DNA from: Diplonema japonicum
Lineage: Eukaryota; Protista; Euglenozoa: Diplonemea
Direction: 5' to 3'
DNA: 64,000 nt
Assembly: GCA_964019335.1 (NCBI GenBank)
Contig: OZ025754.1
Location: 186,001 to 250,000, forward strand
In this document: positions 43,128-51,983 of the stretch, one piece after another
How the letters are laid out: the number at the start of each line of letters is the position of its first letter
Position numbering within the stretch: the stretch's first letter is position 1
Notes under the pieces: generated by a model
Database searches by the model: none
What the model was told of the DNA's origin: nothing
What the model saw: the letters and a program-made list of their open reading frames with translations, nothing else
Program-made: the position numbers and the translations under genes

Positions 43128-44692
43128 TCACCACCGTATCCTTAACCTCTCAAGCTCCTTGGGGAGGCGCAAGCTCTTGTTGGCTATGATTGAGTGAAGG
43201 GAGGTGCACCCTTCCAAGAACCTATCGCCGATGCTGGTCCTCTTGGAAAGCGGTTCGAGATAGACAACCTGGAGGGATGTGCACCCACTCAAGAAGAAAT
43301 TGCCGATGCTGGTGATGTTGGAAAGCGGTGCGAGATCGACAGCCTGGAGGGAGGTGCACCCATACAAGAATTTAGAGCCGATGCTGGTGATGTCGGAAAG
43401 CGGTGCGAGATCGACAGCCTGGAGGGAGGTGCACCCATACAAGAAGTGACTGCCGATGGTGACAGACCCTGGCCCTGTCACGGTGGGCAATGAGTCGAGA
43501 GAGAAGCTGAGTGACCTCAGCCGATAAATAATTTTTTTGTTGAGGATAACTGCCAGGAAGAATTTAGCGATGTTGCCCCGCACGCCCTTCAGCACCACGT
43601 GTTCAAAGCCCAACACAATGGGGACGTACCTCTCATCCACATGAACCAGGGAAGCCCCTGTGAAGTCAATCACCAAGGACGGTGGACATTTCTTCAGCAT
43701 AGCAAGCAACTGAAGCTCGTCGTGCTTCACCACCACCTGCATCTTTCCCATCTTTCCCATGAACCCATCCATGCCTTCTTCCCACTCCACAACGAGGCCC
43801 TTCCTCTTCACTTCTTCCTCTGAGGTGAGCTGGCTTCCATCCTTCAAGGCTGCAACGGGATGATGCTGATGTTGGTTCGGATCGTGGTGGTGGTGGTGGT
43901 GGTCGATGTTGTTGTTGTTCTTGTTGTTGGTGTGCTCAGGGAAGACCTTCACCCGTCCCTTGTCTTGGAAGACAGTCTCGCTGTCGGCATCCACGAACAG
44001 ATCGAAGTCGCTGCTGAAGACCTCCACCCTGCGAACCCGTCCCAGCCCGTCCTTTGCGAAGGCTTTCTCTGCCGCCACCCGAACCTCCTCCACACCCGAC
44101 CCCACAGCCACAAGAAGGGGCCTCCTCCTCTCCTCACCACCGAAGTCCGCGAAGGCCAGAAGCATCATCATCATCGTCGTCGTCATCGCAGGTGGAGTCG
44201 TCAGCACAGAAGTAGAGAGGGGGCTGTTTGGGAATTGAGGGGGATCGTAGTACTTCGTCGTCGTCGTCATCGCAGGTGGAGTCGTCAGCACAGACAGAAC
44301 CTCAGAAGCGGTCGGGCGTTTCGAAGGGTCCTCGCAGAGGAGGCGCAGCAGCAGGGTCCCCACCGACTCCCCCACGAGCTTCGGGAGGCGTCTTTCCAGC
44401 TCACCCATCACAAGGACCCGGTTCATCTTCAGGTACTTCAGGAACCACCCCCTCAGCTTCTCATCCTCCAGAACGGCGAAGCACACGGTCACCCCGAGGG
44501 CCCACATGTCCACCTTGTTGGTGTACGGACCTACAAAGTCGGGTCCCATGAAGGCGGGGGTTCCCACAACGCTGTCGGCGGTCGCTCCAGAAAAACTATG
44601 GATCATGCTGCTGCTGCTGCTACCACTTGCACCAACAACAGCCCTCGACAGTCCCAGGTCAGCCAGAACGAACCTCGTCTTCCCTTCAGAGG

Positions 44693-44735
<43 letters not shown>

Positions 44736-45182
44736 GCTGTTGCTGTCGTCCACCATGATGTTCTGAGGCTTCACGTCCCTGTGGATCCAACCCTTCCCGT
44801 GCAAGTAGGCCAGCGCCTCAGCCACCTCCCGCAAGAGCCTCACTGCCTTCTCTTGAGAGAGAGGTCCCTCCCTCTCCAGGAGCTTCTGCAGGTCCCCTCC
44901 AGTGTACAAGGGCATCACGATGTGGAGCTCCCACTGCGTCACCCCAGGAACCAGCTGCCCTGTCGTCCCGAAGTAGTCCACACACGGGACCACATTCCTG
45001 TGCTTCAGCTGCAGCATGTTCTCTACCTCCTTCACCCCCCTTGTGTAGTCCTCCTTCGTCGCCGCCTTCACAACCTTCATCGCGAACTCCTTCCCGTCAA
45101 CCTCCCTCACAGCCATGTAAACAGACCCCTGGCCCCCTGACCCGAGGTGCTTCCCTTTCTTGTACTTCTCAAGGTTCTGCAT
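43128..45182 (-). CDS. Ser/Thr kinase + possible ubiquitin/PB1-like domain + 4 BspA-like LRRs (copy B, 684 aa)
   Basis: Kinase almost identical to copy A, with an expanded poly-Asn and a 28-aa in-frame insertion. LRR variable residues are SH/YG, SK/YG, NF/SG, DR/EG. Confidence 0.85.
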
Positions 45183-45461
45183 TTTACGGTGTGTTCTTTT
45201 TTTATTATTATATTGTAAATCTCCACTGTGTGATGGATTTCTTCCCCCCCCCCCCCCCGTGTTGAGAGAATGAATAAAGCATAACATGGAAACGAGCAAA
45301 TGCGAATTCGAAGAAAAGTAGAGAGGGGGCTGTTTGGGAATTGAGGGGGATCGTAGTACTTCGGAGTTACACATGATTGTAAAATCATTTATTTGAAAGA
45401 TAATTTCATCATAAATATTTGTAACAAAAAGAAAGAAGAATGACTTTGGTTGCTTCATAAA

Positions 45462-46354
45462 CCGCCTCTAGCGGATGTTGCTGCCCTTCTGTGCTGAAGG
45501 ATGCATGGCTGTGGGAAGGGTGGACTGCGCTCTGGTAGGTTGTTGTGCTCTGTAGTCAGGCACGAAGGGGCCGGACCACTCTTTTCTCTGTGCAGTCGGT
45601 ACTGCGCATTGCCTTTCAAGTATTTCGCCTGCTCCCATGAATGTTCATCTTCAAGTGCTTACGGAACCATCTTACTTCAGGCACTGTGTACTTGCTCCAC
45701 AGCACAGGGCGCTACCATGTTGACCAGCAGTTTCTGCACAATTTCTGGCTGCGGTACCTTGCAGTCTTTCGGTATTCCGGGATCCCATGAAGGCTAAGGC
45801 ATTGAGGCATATCTTTCTTCGGAAAATTCATCACCGTGGTACATCACTTCTTTTCGTATTCGCATTGCGTTTTCGTTTCTTCCATATCATGTTCGTCTTC
45901 TGTTCGTCCACACCCTCTTTTATTCCCTCGAGGGTTGGTCGTTCTCGGCACATCCGTCCTCTGCGGTATCTTTTGATGTACCATCATTCCTTTTGGTTGC
46001 TTGCCAACTGCTCTTAGCCATGTCCATCCTAGCTTCAGTGGTTGGAGTACATTGCGCTTTACGTTGCTAACCGGTCCTACGGCTCTTTTGCTGTGCACCT
46101 TCTTCAGCAACGCATACGAAAACAGAGAAAGTCAAAAAGGACCTTGTGTAGCGACGTGGGGTATATCGTTGTGGGCATCTCCGTCGACGGCAGCTGTTGC
46201 GGTGGTGGTTCCTGCTGTAAGCTAGTGTCAACGGTGGAGGGGGACTCTTTCCCTTGTCTGCGTCCATTCGGAGGAAAGAAGGGCTGTGCTTGCTCCCGTT
46301 TCCCTTTTTTTCAAAAAATGCATGGAAACGCGTTTCCATGCCAGCATAGCCCTG
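45462..46354 (-). mobile_element. Degenerate hAT-like element, copy B
   Basis: Virtually identical to 34490-35382. Confidence 0.6.
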
Positions 46355-46566
46355 GGGGGGGCCACCGCCCCTTAAAAAGCTCGAAATTCGTGTTTTTCGG
46401 GAAACGCACCCCTGGGTAAATTATACCCGAAAATTCCACCCAGATGCTAAAAAAAACAACTTTCCGCCGCTATTTGGGGGTTTTTGTGGACTTCTATGTG
46501 ACCTATTCACAATTTTGAGCGGGTGTGACAGAACCGGTACCTGCAGAATCCTGTATTGTGCACACA

Positions 46567-46680
46567 TTTTTTTTTTTTTTAAATTCCACTTCCTTTTCGA
46601 CTTGCTAAGGTCGCACCCACTAGGTGGGTTGGAAGTGTCTCGAGACGCTCACCCGGTTGCCCGGGTACTCATGACCGTAC
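46567..46680 (-). repeat. Poly(A)-tailed short repeat, copy 3 (5'-truncated)
   Basis: Same 3' end and A-tail as the 42061 copy, but ~40 bp shorter at the 5' end. Confidence 0.75.
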
Positions 46681-47058
46681 TACTGTCACAAATGTGCAAG
46701 ATTTTTTTTGGCCTAATTTCGACCCCTTTGACCCCCCCCCCCCCCCCCCGTGTTGAGAGAATGAAAAAAGCATAACTTGGAAGGAAACATGGAAACGAGA
46801 AAACGCGAATTCGAAGAAAAGGAGAGAGGGGGCTGTTTGGGAATCCATCGAGGGGGGGCCACAAGTTCAACGGGAATGGGGAGGGATGTCAAGCATCTAG
46901 AATTTCGCGGGTCTCTTGCTGATTGAGAATGGGGATTAAGAGGTCATCCTACAGAAGGTGCGAAAATTTTTGCTCACATCTGATGTACTTACTCTTTATA
47001 TTATGTTATCCCCACCACCTGAAAAAGAAAGAAAGAAAGAAAGAAAGAAAGTAGGGTG

Positions 47059-47807
47059 TCAGAGTTCAAAGGGGACTTCTTCGTCAGCTGTGTCCTCTAT
47101 CCCTATCCCTATGGTAAACTTATCCTTTAAGACCCCTGGGAAATTGTCAAATCCTCCACTAAAAACGATGGTTCTCAGGCTTGTGCACCCTGACAAGAAG
47201 TTCCTAGGTTTGTGCACAACAACACAAAAGGATGAGCAACGACACCGACAAACCTGAGGCCAGTCAAGTTCATTGTTACTAGGTTTACGCACTCTTTCAA
47301 AAAGTGATGACCAGCGATGAGAACTTGACAGGCCATTGCACTGAAGTCGATGGTTTCTAGCTTTTCGCACTCCGACAAAACACGGTTACCAATAGAAGAA
47401 ACATTGGGGAGGTGGAGAAGAACAGACGTCAGGTGCTCGCATTCCTCAAGAGTAACACAGCCTGTGGAGTCGGTGACAACGAGGAACCGAAGTCCGGAAG
47501 GAAGGTTTCCTGCACACAGGGACAGCCCTCCGCTGTAAGCCGCGTCCTTCTGAGTTCTCGCCCATTCAGATCCTTCAGTTTTACAGCTATTTTAGACCCC
47601 GCCTCCACATGGGCTTCACAACGAGACCGGTCTCCTGAACCTCCTTAGCATTGTTCCCGTCAAGGACCTCTCCCTCCCAAACCAGTTTGAACCTGCCTTC
47701 GAGTAAACCCGTAGTGCAAGCCGCCTTCTTGTATAAGTCCCCCACTGTTGCCTTCCCGACACTTCCACATCGTGGACCCCACCTCTTGTCTTCACGAACA
47801 CTGTCAT
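47059..47807 (-). pseudogene. Frameshifted gene for a ubiquitin-like domain plus BspA-like LRRs
   Basis: A UBL pattern (MTVFVKTRGGVHDVEV/KATVGDLYKKAA..GL..GRFKLVWEGEVL) is followed by LRR units LPNVSSIGNRVLSECEKLETIDF, GHHFLKECVNL and NFLSGCTSLRTI, spread over several frames. Confidence 0.7.
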
Positions 47808-49382
47808 CTTGCTTATCCTTCCCAAGCCCTGTGTGGGTGTCTTGAAACCTCATCATATGTTTGGTGTCGGGGCGAGAAGGGGGGGCGAGGGGTAGAATAT
47901 TCCGGTGGAAAAGAAGTTAGCGGGAAGACAAAAAGAGGAACTGGCCGTTGTTTGTACGTGCCGGGTAAAACCTGGAGAAGTTTGTATACCCGAAACACGT
48001 TGCCAACGTTCCTTTTGTTTAGACAAGTCAAAGACTCGTTCTTGCAAAAGAAGAAGGAAAAAAAGAGAAAAAAAAGAGGGGAAAAGAGAAAAAAAAGATG
48101 GCTCTTGTCCTTTCTTCTCAATCTATTGTTAGACGAAAAGGCCTTTTTATTATTGGTAATGCGAGAAGTGGAAGAGATGAAAAAAAAATAAAAAAAAAGA
48201 AAAAGATGAGATAAAGGAGGTTCCTGTCTTGGAACGTCCCCCTTGTCCCTACTTATCTACCCCTTTCTCCCTTCTGGGCCAAAAAAAAATAATTCTTTAT
48301 GACTATATGTCTTTGTTGTTCGCACGAGCAAAAAAGATTTTTAAAAGCTGCGAAAGTTTTTTGCTCGGCACAAGTTGCATAAAGTTATAAAATCATTTTT
48401 TGAAAGATAAATATTTGTAACAAAAAAAAAAAAGAGAGAGAGAAGAAAAAAAGAGAAAAGCACCCACTGGGACTGAGGCATATCGCCCCACTGAGTGCGA
48501 GTGACACCCAACCAGAGGTCAGAGAACGAGAAGAGGGAGAATGGCCGGACTTTGGGCTCCTGACGCACATGGGTCTGCAAGCCTACCCTGGACCTACCCC
48601 CAAGGTTGTTCCTCTGACCACCATCGAGTTATCACGGGAAACAAACAGTCAAAGAAAAAAAAAAGATTTTGACGATAAAAATTAAAAAAAGAAGGAGGGG
48701 GTCTAGGAAATTTCCCATGACGCCCCACCCCCCTTTCGGTTTACGCTCATACCCGCAAGTGCTTAAGCTAAGATGGGAGGGAGGGGGCTTGGCTTCACCA
48801 CTTTCTTCCAACCACCATATACATGCTTTGATAAAATCTGTATGCACGAAGCACGGAACAAAAAAAAAAAATACTTTTTGATAGCGAAGCGAAGTGTCCG
48901 CTCCACTCGCTTTGTTGTTGTTTGTCTCTTAATAAACTCACACCGCAAGGTAGAGAAAAAGAAATCGGTACTTTTTTTTTTTTTTTCTTTCTTTTCTACT
49001 GGGTATCTTTTGCTTTACAGTAGAAAAAAAAAAGAGAAAGAGAGAGAGAGAGAGAGAGAAAAAAAATAGATAGGTTATGTAATACCGTGGTTTCGTACTT
49101 AATATGGAACTTTTCTTTTTTCTTTTGGGGGGGGGGGGAAAGAAAAACTTTTTTTTCGTATGTAGAATTTTCTTTTCCCCATTCCATATTAAAAAATACA
49201 AAGCAAAAACGGTACAAAGTTCAGGGGAATTAATTATATAATAGTTCAGTAGGAGATGGAGTTACATGGGAGGGAGGGGGGAGAGGATCACAATATAAAA
49301 CCGTCCACATTCATTTTATTTTCTTTTCTTTTCTTTTCTTTCTTTTCACTTTAATATTCCAACCCCATTGGGAGGTTTGTAC

Positions 49383-50909
49383 TTAGCTCGCCACTCGCTC
49401 CATCAGGTAGACTGAATTGCGCCACTGCCCACCGCAGATCTGTGCGTTGTCGCCCTTGCAGGGCTGGTCGCAGGACTCCTCAGGGGACTTCTCTGTTGGA
49501 GCGCTGTGCCCACACCAGCATTGTGTCCGTGCCTGTAGGCCTGCGTACGTATACCCATTGTGCCTGCACACAGAAGTGCATTCCCCAATGTTATTCCCGC
49601 TGCTGGCGTAGGCAAGCAGGGGGAAGGTCGTGTGCCTTCTGTCCACGTAGCACCCTTCGTACCTTACAGCGTGTTCAATCTCAAGGTCCCCTTTCGCAGC
49701 GTACACACTGTGACGCCATCCGTCCCCGCAATTCTGTCTCACATCCCCGGCACAGGGCGCTGCACATGCTGACGACACCGTCCGCTCCGCACGGTCCACC
49801 ACCTGCCCGCACCAGCACTCGTCGCCCCCTCTCAGCCCTGCGTACTTGTACCCCCTGTCGAGGCACATGTCCACACACGACACTGCCGTTGTCTCGCTGC
49901 CCCTCTCGATGAAGTCGAACTCTTCGCCGACCTTGAAGCACCCCACCAACGCAGGGAGCGTCCTCTCTGCAGCATCACCTTCAAGTGCAGTCCTGTTTTC
50001 CTCCGGGCTGTACCAGTCGTCGGGAGTGGTCATGTTGCCCTCGGGAACAGGTGTGCTGTCCTCAGGGACGTACGCCGTGGGAACAGGAGTGCTAGCAGTG
50101 GGAGCAGGAGTGCTAGCAGTGGGAACAGGAGTGCTAGCAGTGGGAGCAGGAGTGGTTATGCTGTACTCGGGAACAGTCATGTTTTCCTCAGGATTGTACC
50201 AATCATCAGGTGTGGTCACATTGCCTTCAGGAGTGGTCACATTGTCCTGTGGTGTGTACCAGTCATCAGGGGTTGTCATGTTGCTCTCAGGTCCAGTCAT
50301 GTTGTCACTAGGGATGTACCAGTCGCTTGGAGCAGTGCCCTCAGGAACAGGTGTGGTGTCCTCAGGAGCAGGCATGCCGCCCTCAGGAACCGTTACGTTT
50401 TCCTCAGGGCTGTACCAGTCGTCGGGAGTGGTCATGTTGCCCTCGGGAACAGGTGTGCTGTCCTCAGGGACGTACGCCGTGGGAGCAGGAGTGCTAGCAG
50501 TGGGAGCAGGAGTGGTTATGCTGTACTCGGGAACAGTCATGTTTTCCTCAGGATTGTACCAATCATCAGGTGTGGTCACATTGCCTTCAGGAGTGGTCAC
50601 ATTGTCCTGTGGTGTGTACCAGTCATCAGGGGTTGTCATGTTGCTCTCAGGTCCAGTCATGTTGTCACTAGGGATGTACCAGTCGCTTGGAGCAGTGCCC
50701 TCAGGAACAGGTGTGGTGTCCTCAGGAGCAGGCATGCTGCCCTCAGGAACCGTTACGTTTTCCTCAGGGCTGTACCAGTCGTCGGGAGTGGTCATGTTGC
50801 CCTCGGGGATGGTGGGCAATGGGGTGCTGCCCTCACCGCCGCCCTCTGGATAGTGCCTACCGGTTTCTAGCAAGCTGCACAGCACACCCACTGCCAATGC
50901 GAGAAGCAT
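49383..50909 (-). CDS. Secreted mucin-like protein with repetitive P/T/D/W-rich region and two WSC domains
   Basis: Signal peptide MLLALAVGVLCSLL, repeated NMTTPDDWY units, and two WSC patterns (GC...C...C....Y.YAGL....CWCG...C..PC.GD..Q.CG..WR.SVY). Confidence 0.88.
   Translation of the reverse strand: MLLALAVGVLCSLLETGRHYPEGGGEGSTPLPTIPEGNMTTPDDWYSPEENVTVPEGSMPAPEDTTPVPEGTAPSDWYIPSDNMTGPESNMTTPDDWYTPQDNVTTPEGNVTTPDDWYNPEENMTVPEYSITTPAPTASTPAPTAYVPEDSTPVPEGNMTTPDDWYSPEENVTVPEGGMPAPEDTTPVPEGTAPSDWYIPSDNMTGPESNMTTPDDWYTPQDNVTTPEGNVTTPDDWYNPEENMTVPEYSITTPAPTASTPVPTASTPAPTASTPVPTAYVPEDSTPVPEGNMTTPDDWYSPEENRTALEGDAAERTLPALVGCFKVGEEFDFIERGSETTAVSCVDMCLDRGYKYAGLRGGDECWCGQVVDRAERTVSSACAAPCAGDVRQNCGDGWRHSVYAAKGDLEIEHAVRYEGCYVDRRHTTFPLLAYASSGNNIGECTSVCRHNGYTYAGLQARTQCWCGHSAPTEKSPEESCDQPCKGDNAQICGGQWRNSVYLMERVAS
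49995..50810 (-). repeat. Near-perfect internal 360-bp tandem duplication with nested 21-bp and PDDWY subrepeats
   Basis: GCTGTACCAGTCGTCGGGAGTGGTCATG occurs at ~50007, 50409 and 50769. Confidence 0.9.
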
Positions 50910-51021
50910 GTTGGATGTGGTTGTTGTGGAAAAAATTCCTGTTGTGAAGGTCGGCCCAAGGCAAGGGCGAGAAAGAAAAAAAGAAATAACTCCACCGTAC
51001 GCGTGTAACGAACCTGCTTAT

Positions 51022-51213
51022 TTACTTCTTGTGGGTCGGTGTTGCTGCCTTTTGGTTGTGCAACAGGACTCCTCGGATCTCAGCCACCCCCATTGCATAC
51101 CCGGCAAGGTAGTCAGGGTTTTTCCAATTCTGAACGTGGCGGTGTACGGGTGCAGGTTTAGCTGGCGCTGCATTTTTTTTTAGCACCGTGTTGTGCTTTG
51201 TTGCAGCTCCCAT
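51022..51213 (-). CDS. Putative 63-aa basic small protein
   Basis: ATG preceded by an A-tract; ORF on the cluster strand in a complex-sequence island. Confidence 0.5.
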   Translation of the reverse strand: MGAATKHNTVLKKNAAPAKPAPVHRHVQNWKNPDYLAGYAMGVAEIRGVLLHNQKAATPTHKK

Positions 51214-51983
51214 CTTTTTTTTTTCTTTCTTTTCTTATTTTTTCTCTTTTTTTTTTGGCTTTTCCAGCCCCCTCCTCCCCTCCCGCTGCCCCTCTGCTCC
51301 TGCTGGAGGCAGTATACATGAGACAGTAAATAACGAAAAGAAAAAGGGATACTTTTTTTTTTCTTTCTCCCTTATCCTCCTAAGGGGAAAAAAATGGAAA
51401 GTTGGTTAGGTGTTAGGGGGGGAAAAAAAAAGAAGAAGAATAAATTTTTTTAACCGTGTGCTAAAAAATGCAAAAATTAGATAAGTTAACAAACCGTCAC
51501 AACCCTAACCCGGCCATGACGACCGGCCGAAACCACGTGTTTGCAGCCCCGTGGTGGTTCCTCTAAAAACGGTGAGAGACATGGAATGACGTGGAATAAG
51601 GGATGCGTGCTCTAATTGAATGCAGTATCACAGGTAAGCTGCTCTGCTGCCTCCAGTTCCTTTACGGCAACACTTCAACCCAGCGGTGTGGCAGCGTTAG
51701 GCAGGGGCCTGGAGGTTAGAGGGGGCCAACACGAGGTGACAAACATCAGAAAAGCAACTACAGGCCCAAAAGTCTTGCTGCCCCTAAAGAAAAAAAAATG
51801 GCAAAAAAATGGAACAAAAAAAAGGGGGGGGGCTCGTTCTTCCCTTCCTTACGTCCTAACTGGGCGGGGAAAAAAAAAAGAAGAAGAAAACCCGGTGACG
51901 GGAGGGGAAGGGGGGGGGGGGGGGGGGGGAAGTACACTCCCTCTATCTTTTTTTTTTCCCCCCTATATTTTACATTCCTTGCC

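Larger units (their letters stand above)
41381..46530. repeat. Segmental duplication, copy B
   Basis: Collinear with 30310-35558 except for a 1.2-kb insertion, smaller indels and LRR copy number. Confidence 0.9.
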
